The position numbers and the translations under genes were made by a program. Positions 35,920-45,693 of a stretch of DNA of 47,801 bases are shown piece by piece. How positions within the stretch are numbered: position 1 is the first letter of the stretch; each line of letters opens with the position of its first letter. The stretch is from an uncultured Oscillospiraceae bacterium. GTDB lineage: Bacteria > Bacillota > Clostridia > Oscillospirales > Acutalibacteraceae. Where the stretch lies: positions 1 through 47,801 of the forward strand of contig CAJKBW010000010.1 of the NCBI GenBank assembly GCA_905198295.1. Reading direction: 5' to 3'. The notes under the pieces were generated by a model, which was given only the letters and a program-made list of their open reading frames with translations, ran no database searches and was not told where the DNA came from.

Positions 35920-37572
35920 ATGGCGCAGCCTGCCGCGCGCGAACCCGGGCGCTCACGCATCCGTTTCACCAAACCCGAAAAAAGCTGGATCCTGTACGAC
36001 TGGGCCAACTCGGTTTATGCCACCAATATGATGGCCGCTATCTTCCCGATTTATTACGCCTCGGTCGCCGGCGATGCCGGGGACAAATGGTGGGGCATCG
36101 GCGTTTCCGCCGCCTCCCTGCTCATCGCAGTGATGGCGCCGGTGCTCGGCGCCATCGGCGATTTCCGCGGCATGAAAAAGCGCATGCTGACCGCATTTCT
36201 GATTATCGGCGTCGCCTTCACCGCGCTGACTGCCTTCGTCGGCAGCTGGCAGTGGATGCTCATCGGCTATGTCCTCTCCCACATCGGGTATTCCGGCGCC
36301 AACGTCTTTTACGATTCCTTTTTGACCGATGTGACCGAGGGCGAACGGATGGACAAGGTTTCCGCCTGGGGCTATGCAATGGGCTATCTGGGCGGCAGCA
36401 CCATCCCGTTTGTTATCTCCATCGTCTTCCTGCTGGCTACCGGTTTCAGTGTGACAGCAGTGAAGTTTTCCATTCTCATCACCTGCGTATGGTGGGCGGT
36501 TTTTTCCATCCCACTGCTTAAAAACGTCCATCAGGAGCACTACGTGGATACGCCGCCCCGCCAACTGGTTTCCTCTGCGATGCGTAATCTTGCCGGCACC
36601 ATGAAGGCGATTCTGCACAACCGCGGCGTACTGGTGTTCCTGCTGGCCTATTTCTTCTACATCGACGGCGTGAACACGGTGATTTCTCTGGCGACCAACT
36701 ACGGCGCCACCCTCGGGCTCGGTTCCACCGGCATGATTCTCGCACTGCTGGTTACCCAGATTGTCGCAGTGCCCTGCTCCATCCTCTTCGGCCGCCTCGC
36801 CAAACGGCTCGGCTCGGTCAACATCATCATCGGCGCCATCGCCGTCTATTTCGTCATCTGCAGCGTCGGCTTTTTCATGGGACAGAATGTGGAGCCCTAT
36901 CAGCTGGATTACACCCGCATGGTGGATGACGCTTCCACAGGCTATGCCGAGCAGTTCACCGGGGCCGACCGGAAAACAATGGAGCAGATTCTCGCCGACC
37001 TCCGGGAGGACGGCAAGGATGCGCTGGCGGCGGACGACCGGCAGGCTGCTTTTTACGCTGAGGAGGCGGACGGGAGTCTGTCGGGCGTGCTGGGCGGTAT
37101 ACTCGGCCGTTTACAGGACGAGGAGAACACCCGGTACGTCTTCAGCGGTACCACCGCGCGCGAAAAGGCGCTGTCGCTGGTCGGGCAGCTGCGTGAGCCG
37201 CTGGCCGCTTTCGCTGCCGACGGCGGCAAACAGGCCGACTATCAGGATGCGCTCGCCTTCTCGTCGCTGCTTTTCTGGCTGATGGCGGTACTGGTGGGCA
37301 CAGTGCAGGGCGGTATTCAGGCGCTGTCCCGCTCCTATTTCGGGCAGCTGGTCCCGCCGAACCGTTCCAACGAGTATTTCGGCTTCTTCGATATTTTCGG
37401 CAAGTTCGCGGCGGTGATCGGGCCGCTGCTGTATTCGCTGTTTTACATGCTGACCGGCCGCGCTTCCATCGGCATCATCAGCCTGATGATCCTGTTCGCG
37501 CTCGGGGGCATCATTCTGGTGGCCGGACGACGGCATCTGCGCTCAGCGGCGCTGACCCATTCGGCGGATTAA
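35920..37572 (+). CDS. MFS transporter, UMF1/Atg22-like family, with about 130-aa hydrophilic insertion between TM bundles
   Basis: FTKPEKSWILYDWANSVYAT N-terminus typical of UMF1; 12 TM; ATG 35920. Confidence 0.8.
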   Translation: MAQPAAREPGRSRIRFTKPEKSWILYDWANSVYATNMMAAIFPIYYASVAGDAGDKWWGIGVSAASLLIAVMAPVLGAIGDFRGMKKRMLTAFLIIGVAFTALTAFVGSWQWMLIGYVLSHIGYSGANVFYDSFLTDVTEGERMDKVSAWGYAMGYLGGSTIPFVISIVFLLATGFSVTAVKFSILITCVWWAVFSIPLLKNVHQEHYVDTPPRQLVSSAMRNLAGTMKAILHNRGVLVFLLAYFFYIDGVNTVISLATNYGATLGLGSTGMILALLVTQIVAVPCSILFGRLAKRLGSVNIIIGAIAVYFVICSVGFFMGQNVEPYQLDYTRMVDDASTGYAEQFTGADRKTMEQILADLREDGKDALAADDRQAAFYAEEADGSLSGVLGGILGRLQDEENTRYVFSGTTAREKALSLVGQLREPLAAFAADGGKQADYQDALAFSSLLFWLMAVLVGTVQGGIQALSRSYFGQLVPPNRSNEYFGFFDIFGKFAAVIGPLLYSLFYMLTGRASIGIISLMILFALGGIILVAGRRHLRSAALTHSAD

Positions 37573-37609
37573 AAAAGCGGCTTGAACGCATGCGTTCAAG
37601 CCGCTTTTT
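37571..37609. terminator. Bidirectional terminator (perfect palindrome AAAAAAGCGGCTTGAACGCA|TGCGTTCAAGCCGCTTTTT) between MFS and oxidoreductase genes
   Basis: Exact dyad symmetry with A/T runs. Confidence 0.7.
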
Positions 37610-37618
37610 AATTCCGTA

Positions 37619-38605
37619 TCATGCGTTATCCGCAGGGAATACGATCCCCGCCTGCCGGCGGATATTGTCGAGCACGGCCATGCTGCTGCGCGACCAGGTC
37701 GTATAGGGCTCACACGATGCGGCGGCTTCGATCAGCCCGGCAAACCGCTGTGCTTCGTACACCATATTATTCTCCGCCGTCGGCACATCGATAACCTCCG
37801 GTATGCCGACGCGCGGACAAAAGGTCAGCCGGCGGATATCCTGGATGCGGTCGATCCGCAGGCAGCCGTTTTCTCCGCAGATTTCGCTTTCCCCCGCGTC
37901 ATCGTTGATCTTGGAATACCGCAGCAGAACCTGCTTATCGGTATACGAGGCAAGAGCGCTGCCCGCACCGTCCACCCCGTTTTCCAGAAAAACCGCATCC
38001 GCCTTTACCTGCGCGGGCAGGCCGAACAGTGCCGCCATCGGGTAAACGCAGTATACCCCGATATCCATCAGCGCGCCATTGGACAGCTCCGGCCGGAACG
38101 CGTTTTCAATGACGCCGCGTTTAAAGTTGTCGTAGCGTGAGGAATACTGACAGAACACAAACGACGCCTGCCGTATCGCGCCGAGACGCGGCAGCAGTTC
38201 CTGCAGGCGGGCAAATCCCGGCGCAAAAACCGAGCGCATCGCTTCAAGCAGCACGGCATCGCCCTCCTGCGCCGCCGTCTCCATCGCGTCCCATTCCCGT
38301 CGGTTGGACGCCGCGGGCTTTTCGCACAGCACATGTTTGCCCGCACGCAGCAGCCGCACCGCCTGCTCACTGTGGAAGGCGTTCGGGCTGGCGATATACA
38401 CCGCATCCACCCGCTCATCCTCCGCCAGGGCATCCAGGCTGTCAAAGGCAAGCCGGGCGCCATATTCGGCACCGAAGGCCTTTGCCCGCTCGAGCGAACG
38501 CGAATACGCCCCCGCAAACTGCAGCCGCGGCACCTCGGCGGCAACTGTCAGGAATTTCCGCGTAATCGTACTTGTTCCGATCACTGCAAAACGTATCACG
38601 ATCAT
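37619..38605 (-). CDS. Gfo/Idh/MocA-family oxidoreductase
   Basis: Rossmann N-terminus IRFAVIGTSTI, EKP motif (VLCEKPAA). Confidence 0.85.
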   Translation of the reverse strand: MIVIRFAVIGTSTITRKFLTVAAEVPRLQFAGAYSRSLERAKAFGAEYGARLAFDSLDALAEDERVDAVYIASPNAFHSEQAVRLLRAGKHVLCEKPAASNRREWDAMETAAQEGDAVLLEAMRSVFAPGFARLQELLPRLGAIRQASFVFCQYSSRYDNFKRGVIENAFRPELSNGALMDIGVYCVYPMAALFGLPAQVKADAVFLENGVDGAGSALASYTDKQVLLRYSKINDDAGESEICGENGCLRIDRIQDIRRLTFCPRVGIPEVIDVPTAENNMVYEAQRFAGLIEAAASCEPYTTWSRSSMAVLDNIRRQAGIVFPADNA

Positions 38606-39090
38606 TCTCCCTGTTTCCCGCCGCGGGTACGGCGCCAGTAGCTGCCCATGCTGACCCCCGGTTTTCCGGTGATATCCTCTCCTACGCAGTCCGGCGCAGT
38701 AAACGCCTCGGCTTCGGCAATCGACGGGAACTCCACCTCGGCATACAGAAACGAGGTCGCTTCCCCTTCATCCACCAGGCTGCATTCGAGTTTTTTGCCG
38801 TCCGGCAGGGCGTACACACGGTAGTCCTTCCGGATCAGCGGGCCTTTGACAAGGGAACGCAGCTGTTCAAACTGCTCCGCTGTCAGCGGCATCTCGATCT
38901 CCTCCCGGGCGAGTTTTCCCTCCCCCTTAAAGCACAGCTCATAGGTGGTGCCCTCTGCGGTGCGTTTACTGCGGATGCGCACGGTCGGGCGGGTGCACAG
39001 ATAGCCCTGCTCCACCGCCGCGCGGGTGAGCTCCGGCAGGTTTTCCGGGAACTTGTCCAGTTTATATTTGCGTTCTATTTCCAGCGGCAT
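38602..39090 (-). CDS. CYTH-domain protein (inorganic triphosphatase/class IV adenylate cyclase fold)
   Basis: N-terminal ExExK motif (LEIERKYKL) and C-terminal acidic motifs. Confidence 0.8.
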   Translation of the reverse strand: MPLEIERKYKLDKFPENLPELTRAAVEQGYLCTRPTVRIRSKRTAEGTTYELCFKGEGKLAREEIEMPLTAEQFEQLRSLVKGPLIRKDYRVYALPDGKKLECSLVDEGEATSFLYAEVEFPSIAEAEAFTAPDCVGEDITGKPGVSMGSYWRRTRGGKQGE

Positions 39091-39126
39091 CGATGATTTC
39101 CTCCCACATCAACGGCATTCCCGCGC

Positions 39127-40497
39127 TTATTTCAGCGCTTCATAAGCATCCCGCACCGTACGCACACCGATGATCTCGGCGCCGTCCGGGCGCACCGACA
39201 GATTTTTCAGGTTAGGTTTGGGCAGGATGATCCGGGTGAAGCCAAGGCGCGCCGCCTCGCTGATGCGCGCCTCTGCCTGCGATACCGAACGGATCTCCCC
39301 GGCCAGCCCGATTTCCCCGAACGCCACCACCCCTTCCGGCACCGGCGTATCCTTCAGGCTGGACACCAGCGCGAGCGCCACCGGCAGATCCGAGGCCGGC
39401 TCATCCAGCCGCAGGCCGCCGACGACGTTGACGTAGGCGTCAAGGTTGGCGAAAAAGTAGCCCTCCCGCTTTTCCAGCACCGCCAGCAGCAGCGACAGCC
39501 GGTTATAGTCAAAGCCCGTGGTCATCCGGCGCGGATTACCGAAGCCGGTGGGCGACACCAGCCCCTGCACCTCCGCGAGCAGCGGACGGGAGCCCTCCAT
39601 CGCGCAGGCCACACAGGTGCCGCTGACGTTGACCGGGCGGCCGCTGAGCAGCATCATGGAGGGATTCTCCACCTCATACAGCCCGCGGTCGCGCATCTCA
39701 AACACGCCGATCTCATTCGTCGAGCCGTAGCGGTTTTTCACACAGCGCAGCATGCGGTAGCTGGTATGCCGGTCGCCTTCAAAATACAGCACGCAGTCCA
39801 CGATGTGCTCCATCACCTTCGGGCCCGCGATGGCGCCGTCCTTATTCACGTGGCCGACGATAAAGGTCGGCGTATCGATTGCCTTGGTCGCCCGCATGAT
39901 CGCCGCGGTGCACTCCCGCACCTGAGTGACGCTGCCGGGTGAGGAGGCCACCTCCGCGAGATTCATCGTCTGGATGGAGTCAATGATCAGGATATCCGGC
40001 TTTTCCGCGTACAGGTTCGCAATCACCGAGGCCACGTCGGTCTCGCACAGCACATACAGGTTATCGCTCTGCACGCCCAGACGCGCCGCGCGCAGCTTGA
40101 TCTGCCGCTCGGATTCCTCACCGGACACATACAGGATCTTCAGCTTCCGGCCCAGATGCTCGCAGATTTGCAGCAGCAGGGTCGATTTGCCGATGCCTGG
40201 GTCTCCGCCGATAAGCATCAGCCCGCCCCGCACAATTCCGCCGCCGAGCACACGGTCGAGTTCCGCCATACCGGTCTTATAGCGCTCTTCGCCCTGCGGG
40301 TCAATATCCGCAATGCGCCGCGCACGCCCGCTGCCCGGCGTCCCGCCCGGCACCCCCGCCGGCGCCGGCTTGGCCGGGGCGCGCAGTTCCTCCTCCATCG
40401 TGTTCCACTCCCCGCAGGACGGGCAGCGGCCATACCATTTCGGCGACTCGCAGCCGCAGGCCGAACACACGAACACCGTTTTATTTTTGGCAGCCAT
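39127..40497 (-). CDS. radA: DNA repair protein RadA/Sms
   Basis: N-terminal C4 zinc finger (CSACGCESPKWYGRCPSCGEW), RecA-like Walker A GDPGIGKST, KNRYG motif, Lon-protease-like C-terminus. Confidence 0.95.
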   Translation of the reverse strand: MAAKNKTVFVCSACGCESPKWYGRCPSCGEWNTMEEELRAPAKPAPAGVPGGTPGSGRARRIADIDPQGEERYKTGMAELDRVLGGGIVRGGLMLIGGDPGIGKSTLLLQICEHLGRKLKILYVSGEESERQIKLRAARLGVQSDNLYVLCETDVASVIANLYAEKPDILIIDSIQTMNLAEVASSPGSVTQVRECTAAIMRATKAIDTPTFIVGHVNKDGAIAGPKVMEHIVDCVLYFEGDRHTSYRMLRCVKNRYGSTNEIGVFEMRDRGLYEVENPSMMLLSGRPVNVSGTCVACAMEGSRPLLAEVQGLVSPTGFGNPRRMTTGFDYNRLSLLLAVLEKREGYFFANLDAYVNVVGGLRLDEPASDLPVALALVSSLKDTPVPEGVVAFGEIGLAGEIRSVSQAEARISEAARLGFTRIILPKPNLKNLSVRPDGAEIIGVRTVRDAYEALK

Positions 40498-40559
40498 AGC
40501 GTTTTCCTTCCTTTATCGTTTCCCTTCCGGGTCTCTTTACTCCCGCGAAATAACCGGCG

Positions 40560-41279
40560 TTATTCCAGACCGTAATCCAGCAGTCCAGCGGCAATCGCCA
40601 GCGCCATCTGCCGCTGGTAATCGGCCGTTTTCAGCTTTTCCCGCTCCGCTTCGTTCGACAGGAACCCGCATTCCACCAGCACCGCCGGTTTGGAGGTCTG
40701 ATGCAGCAGGTAAATATCCTTGGTACCCTTTTTCAGCTCCCGCTTATTCTCCGGCTGGAGAAGCGATACCACCCGGCCGCGCACGCTTTCCGCGATCGCC
40801 TGACTCTCCGGCCGGTTGGCCGAATAGAACACCTGCGTGCCGGAATACTGCGAGGCGGTAAACTTATTTTCATGGATGCTCACCGCATAATCCGCCTCTT
40901 CAAACCGCTTGAGCCGGTTTTTCATGTCGCTGACCTTCTGCTGCCGCAGCGTGGTCACCTCCGGATCATGGATGGACACATCGCTGTCCCGCGTCAGGCG
41001 CACATCACAGCCGAACAGGCGGAGCATATCGGCCAGCGGCAGCGCTATCGCCAGATTGATATCCTTCTCCTGCGTGCCGTCCGCACCGACCGCGCCGCCG
41101 TCCGCGCCGCCATGACCGGGATCCACCACCACGACCGGCCCGCTGCGTTCGCCCGGCACATGCGCCGGGGCAACCTGCTCCACCGCCAGCACCACCACAA
41201 ATACAAACGCCACCAGCAGCGACGGCACGGCCATCCGCTTCCAGAACCTTCTGTCTTTCATCCACACCACCCCGTTCAT
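40560..41279 (-). CDS. cwlD: N-acetylmuramoyl-L-alanine amidase, Amidase_3 family (germination-specific CwlD-like); alternative start ATG 41261
   Basis: TM anchor then VVVDPGHGGxDxGA, SIHxN, ECGFLSN motifs of CwlD. Confidence 0.8.
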   Translation of the reverse strand: MNGVVWMKDRRFWKRMAVPSLLVAFVFVVVLAVEQVAPAHVPGERSGPVVVVDPGHGGADGGAVGADGTQEKDINLAIALPLADMLRLFGCDVRLTRDSDVSIHDPEVTTLRQQKVSDMKNRLKRFEEADYAVSIHENKFTASQYSGTQVFYSANRPESQAIAESVRGRVVSLLQPENKRELKKGTKDIYLLHQTSKPAVLVECGFLSNEAEREKLKTADYQRQMALAIAAGLLDYGLE

Positions 41280-41379
41280 CCTATGTTTTCCGGCGTGGGT
41301 TTATGTTCAGTATACCATCCTTTCCCCGCCCGTACAACCACAAAAAGCCCGCCGCAGATTCTTCTGCGGCGGGTGTCGG

Positions 41380-42147
41380 TCAATTTTCCTGATTGAAGCG
41401 GGCCAGAAACGCTTTGGTACGTTCGTTTTCCGGATGGTCGATAACCTGATTCGGATCGCCTTCCTCCACAATGACGCCGCCGTCCATGAAGATCACCCGG
41501 TCGGATACCCCGCGGGCAAATGCCATCTCATGGGTGACGATCACCATCGTCATATGCTCTTCCGCCAGCGAGCGGATGACCTTGAGGATTTCGCCGGTCA
41601 GCTCCGGGTCGAGCGCGGAGGTCGGTTCGTCAAAAAACAGGATATCCGGCTGCATTGCGAGCGCACGGGCGATCGCCACCCGCTGCTGCTGCCCGCCGGA
41701 CAGTTCGCACGGATACGCGTCCGCCTTATTCTCCAGCCCGACTTTTTTCAGCAGTGCACGGGCGTTTTCCTCCGCCTCCTGCCGCGGCTTCTTTTCCACC
41801 CGCACCGGCGCCTCGGTCAGGTTGCGCAGCACCGAATAGTGCGGGAACAGGTTGAAATTCTGAAACACCAGGCCGAATCGGCGGCGTATCTGCTGCAAAA
41901 CCGCTCCGGAGCTGTACACCGCGCGGCCGTTCTCCCCTGTCTTCGCCATCGTCAGGTCGCCGTAGGCAATCTCGCCCGCATCCATCTTTTCCAGCAGCGT
42001 ACAGCAGCGCAGCAGCGTCGATTTACCCGAACCGGACGGTCCGATCACCGAGAGCACCTCACCGGCATGGATATCGAAGGAAATGCCCTTGAGCACTTCA
42101 TTGCTGCCGAACGACTTGGTCAGGTCTTTTACCGTGAGTATCGCCAT
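41380..42147 (-). CDS. Polar amino-acid ABC transporter ATP-binding protein (GlnQ/HisP type)
   Basis: Walker [10 protein letters not shown], signature LSGGQQQR, Walker B, H-loop. Confidence 0.9.
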   Translation of the reverse strand: MAILTVKDLTKSFGSNEVLKGISFDIHAGEVLSVIGPSGSGKSTLLRCCTLLEKMDAGEIAYGDLTMAKTGENGRAVYSSGAVLQQIRRRFGLVFQNFNLFPHYSVLRNLTEAPVRVEKKPRQEAEENARALLKKVGLENKADAYPCELSGGQQQRVAIARALAMQPDILFFDEPTSALDPELTGEILKVIRSLAEEHMTMVIVTHEMAFARGVSDRVIFMDGGVIVEEGDPNQVIDHPENERTKAFLARFNQEN

Positions 42148-42159
42148 CAGGGCACCTCC

Positions 42160-42840
42160 TTACTGATAATAGCTGAGCTTTTTCTCCGCGATGCTGAAGC
42201 CCTTGGATACCACCGCGTTCATCACCAGATAGAAAATACCGGCGATGATAATCGGCAGGATGGACATCTCCCGCACCAGAATCTTTTCCGCAATGGAGGT
42301 GATCTCCACCACCGCGATCACCTTGGCCAGCGACGTATCCTTGACAAGGGTCATGAACTCATTGCTCATAGGCGGCAGCACCCGCTTGATCACCTGCGGC
42401 AGGATGATGCGGAAGAACGTCTGGAGCCGCGAGAAGCCGAGCACATTCGCCGCCTCCCACTGGCCGTGCGGCACCCCTTCGATGCCGCCGCGGTAGATTT
42501 CCGCGAAATATGCTGCATAGTTGAGTGAAAAGGCCAGGATCGCGGTCTGCATCCGGGAAAAACCGATCACGCTGCCGAGTTTCAGCCCGAACCAGAAAAA
42601 GATCAGCTGCAGCATCAGCGGCGTGCCGCGCATCACCAGCAGATACAGCCTCGTCAGCCACTGCACCGGCCAGAAGCGGGACATTCGCCCGAACGCAAGC
42701 ACAAGGCCGAGCGGCAGCGCAAACAGCAACGTGAAGCCGAACAGCTGCACCGTTTCCAGCGTATGTTCCAGTATCTGCATAAAGGTGCTGCCGATCGTCT
42801 CCGGACTCATCCCGAAGGTCTGCGTTATCCATTCCGCCAT
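42160..42840 (-). CDS. Polar amino-acid ABC transporter permease (HisM/GlnP type)
   Basis: EAA-like loop and 5-TM profile; operonic with ATPase. Confidence 0.9.
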   Translation of the reverse strand: MAEWITQTFGMSPETIGSTFMQILEHTLETVQLFGFTLLFALPLGLVLAFGRMSRFWPVQWLTRLYLLVMRGTPLMLQLIFFWFGLKLGSVIGFSRMQTAILAFSLNYAAYFAEIYRGGIEGVPHGQWEAANVLGFSRLQTFFRIILPQVIKRVLPPMSNEFMTLVKDTSLAKVIAVVEITSIAEKILVREMSILPIIIAGIFYLVMNAVVSKGFSIAEKKLSYYQ

Positions 42841-42930
42841 ACCGCGTTCCCCTTTCTTTCGCCAAGGCGTATAAACGGCAATAGAGGCCGGCTTGCGCCG
42901 GTCTCTATCCCTCGTATTCCGTTGCGGCTC

Positions 42931-43782
42931 TTACTTATTGTCCGGCACCTTGCTGATGTCCTCACCGAACCACTTGGCCGTAATTTCCGCCAGCTTGCCG
43001 TCCGCCTTCATTTCACCGAGAATCTTCTGCACCTCGTCGCGCAGCTCCTGGTCGCCCTTGCGGAAGCCGATGGCGTATTCTTCCTCCGACAGCACTTCGT
43101 CGAGAATCTTATACGCGTCGCCGCCGTCCTTCGCCAGGTAATATTTCGCCACGACCTCATCCATGATGACCGCATCGCCGGTACCGTTTTTCAGCTCCAT
43201 CATCGCCTGCACGTTATCCGGCACTTCAAGAGCTTCGCCGCCCTTGAGTGTTCCCTTGACTTCCGGATGGCTGTCGAGCGCGCCTACTGCGGTGGAACCC
43301 TTCTGCAGGATCGCTTCCTTGCCGGCGAGATCCGCCAGCGTATTGATGCCGGAATCCTTCAGCACCACGACCACCTGACGATTATTCAGGTACGGCTCGC
43401 TCAGATTCAGCTTTTGCCGACGCTCGTCATCGATGCTCATGCCGTTCCAGATGCAGTCGATGTTGCCGTCGTTGAGCTCGGTTTCCTTATAGTCCCAGTT
43501 GATCGGCTGCACCACCAGCTCGACCCCCATGCGGCTGGCCACTTCCTTGGCCAGGTCGATGTCATAACCGACGATCTCGTCGCTGTCATCGCGGTAGCCC
43601 ATCGGCGGGAAGGAATCGTCCAGACCGAGAATCAGTTTTCCGGCCTTTTTGACCTTCTCCAGAGAATTCATTTCCACAGCGGAGCCGTCCCCGCTGCCGG
43701 CGCCTTCTTCGTTCTTGCTGCAGCCCGCAAACAGCGTCAGCGCCATCAGCGCCGCGGCAGCCAAAGCCAAAATCCGTTTCAT
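42931..43782 (-). CDS. Amino-acid ABC transporter substrate-binding lipoprotein (SBP_bac_3)
   Basis: Signal peptide with lipobox LFAGCS; type-II PBP fold motifs. Confidence 0.9.
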   Translation of the reverse strand: MKRILALAAAALMALTLFAGCSKNEEGAGSGDGSAVEMNSLEKVKKAGKLILGLDDSFPPMGYRDDSDEIVGYDIDLAKEVASRMGVELVVQPINWDYKETELNDGNIDCIWNGMSIDDERRQKLNLSEPYLNNRQVVVVLKDSGINTLADLAGKEAILQKGSTAVGALDSHPEVKGTLKGGEALEVPDNVQAMMELKNGTGDAVIMDEVVAKYYLAKDGGDAYKILDEVLSEEEYAIGFRKGDQELRDEVQKILGEMKADGKLAEITAKWFGEDISKVPDNK

Positions 43783-43993
43783 ACCCTATAATACTCCTCA
43801 CTTCGTCAATTTTCTCTTTGGTAAGAGATTTTCCGCTTAGTATTGTACACTATCCTGTTAGCAAAGTAAAGTGCGAAATATTTATTTTTCTGAAATCACG
43901 AGAAAATCGATGATTTTTTGTGATTAAACGAGATTGAATGAGGTATTCAGCAATATTCGCTCCCAAACCGCCCAGTTTGTCAGCTGAACACAA

Positions 43994-44045
43994 TTGAGGT
44001 TCATATGAACTTATGATATACTGATCACGAACTTGAAAAAAGTTC
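43994..44045 (+). promoter_or_regulatory. SigA-type promoter (-35 TTGAGG, 17-bp spacer, -10 TATACT) with embedded perfect palindrome GTTCATATGAAC and a downstream GAACTT-N5-AAGTTC dyad; candidate autoregulatory operator for the DUF1836 HTH protein
   Basis: Hexamers and palindromes read directly; precede AAGGAGG RBS and ATG 44070. Confidence 0.45.
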
Positions 44046-44069
44046 CAAAAACCGTAAAGGAGGCTGCCT

Positions 44070-44651
44070 ATGACCGGTAATCTGCCGGGAACCACGCTCC
44101 CGCTGCCGGAAGGGCAGCAGGATGCGCTGTTCACCGTGCTGGATCCAATTTTCGCGGTTTCCCCCGGCGGGCTGCTGCTCTCCCAGGTCACCGAGCTGAC
44201 CGGACTCGGCGCCGCTACCATCCAGAACTGGGTGAAGCGCGGCTGGGTATCTAACCCGGTCAGCAAGCGCTACGGCGAGCTGCATGTGGCGCGCATCCTG
44301 CTGATCAACCTGCTGCGGCCGGCCATGAAGCTCGAAAGCATTGCGGCGCTGCTGCGGTACGTCAACGGCAGCGTGGATGACCGCACTGACGACATCATCC
44401 CCGAAACGCAGCTGTACAGCCTGCTGTGCAGCGTACTGACCCGTCTTGAACCGCAGGACAGCATTATCACGCACGAGTCCATCATAACCCTCATCGGTGC
44501 GCAACTTGAGGGCTATGAGGGGCCCGTGGCCGATGCGAAGGAACGTTTGGAAAATGCCATGCGCATTATGGTGCTCAACATCGCGGCGTCCCGCCTGATG
44601 CAGCAGGCCGACGCGCTGTTCAGCCATCTGACAGACACCGGCATGGCATGA
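44070..44651 (+). CDS. DUF1836-family protein with N-terminal MerR-like HTH
   Basis: LSQVTELTGLGAATIQNWVKRGWV helix-turn-helix; about 190 aa; DUF1836 assignment from memory. Confidence 0.55.
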   Translation: MTGNLPGTTLPLPEGQQDALFTVLDPIFAVSPGGLLLSQVTELTGLGAATIQNWVKRGWVSNPVSKRYGELHVARILLINLLRPAMKLESIAALLRYVNGSVDDRTDDIIPETQLYSLLCSVLTRLEPQDSIITHESIITLIGAQLEGYEGPVADAKERLENAMRIMVLNIAASRLMQQADALFSHLTDTGMA

Positions 44652-44786
44652 TCGCCCGAAAGCAGGCATAAACATCTTTCGCCGGCATGCGGCAGGCCCT
44701 CATCATACGGCGGCGGTTCCCCGCGCCGTCGGGTGGTGAACGCATGCGGAAAGGGTTTCCGCATGAAAAAAAGGAGGTTTTCCGTT

Positions 44787-45386
44787 ATGATTGCTTGGTG
44801 GGAATCCCTGCAGGCCATTCAACAGGTGTTTTACATCATCGCTATCCCGGCCACGCTCATCCTGATTTTGCAGACCATTCTGCTGCTGTTCGGGATGGGC
44901 CATGACAGCGAAACCGACATCGATCACGACGTGGATCACGATATCGGCGACCACGATGCGGCCGGTGATGGTGCAAACCACGAGGCCGGCCTGCGTATCC
45001 TGACGGTGCGCGGCATCGTCGCGTTCCTCGCCGTGTGCGGCTGGGTCGGCGTGGCCCTCACCGACCTCGGGGTCAGCATGCCGCTGACCATCTTCATCGC
45101 CATCCTCTGCGGTCTGGCCGCTATGCTTCTTGTGGCGGTTCTGCTGCGGGCAGCCACCAAAATGCAGCAGAGCGGCAATCTGGACATACGCAACGCCATC
45201 GGGGTAACCGGTGAGGTGTATATCCCGATTCCGGAGGGCGGCAAGGGCAAGGTGACCCTGATCCTGCAGGAACGCTTTTCCGAGCTGGACGCCATGTGCC
45301 CGTCCGGCGCCCTGAAGACCGGCGTACCGGTCAAGGTGACCGACGTGCTCGAAAACGGTACGCTGATCGTCACCCCACTGCAGTAG
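44787..45386 (+). CDS. nfeD: NfeD-like membrane protein (short YuaF-type, C-terminal OB-fold), partner of flotillin; track ORF starts 44733 but GGAGG RBS supports ATG 44787
   Basis: Two N-terminal TM helices, acidic His/Asp-rich segment, C-terminal beta-rich domain (VTLILQERFSELDAM...VKVTDV). Confidence 0.7.
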   Translation: MIAWWESLQAIQQVFYIIAIPATLILILQTILLLFGMGHDSETDIDHDVDHDIGDHDAAGDGANHEAGLRILTVRGIVAFLAVCGWVGVALTDLGVSMPLTIFIAILCGLAAMLLVAVLLRAATKMQQSGNLDIRNAIGVTGEVYIPIPEGGKGKVTLILQERFSELDAMCPSGALKTGVPVKVTDVLENGTLIVTPLQ

Positions 45387-45693
45387 TTTTGGCACAAGCG
45401 GCTTCCGCCCGTAAAAAGTAAAGATAAGCCGGCGCAAACCCGGCCCGCCTTCTCTGTTGCAGGATGTCGCTCGTCTGCGTTTTCGTCCTCAGCCCTGTCG
45501 GACAACATTCTGCGCAAGAGGAGGTCGAAAAATTTCGGAGAGCGGAAAGAAGGCAGGGCAAGGCGCCTGACCGCGGCATGCTGCCGCATGCCAAAGGAAG
45601 GAAACGACGCCTTGCTTTTCTTCCACCGCCGAAATCGTGTCGTGTTCGTGCCTGCTTGTCTTAAGTACATTAAGTAAAGGAGTGTTTTGTGCT

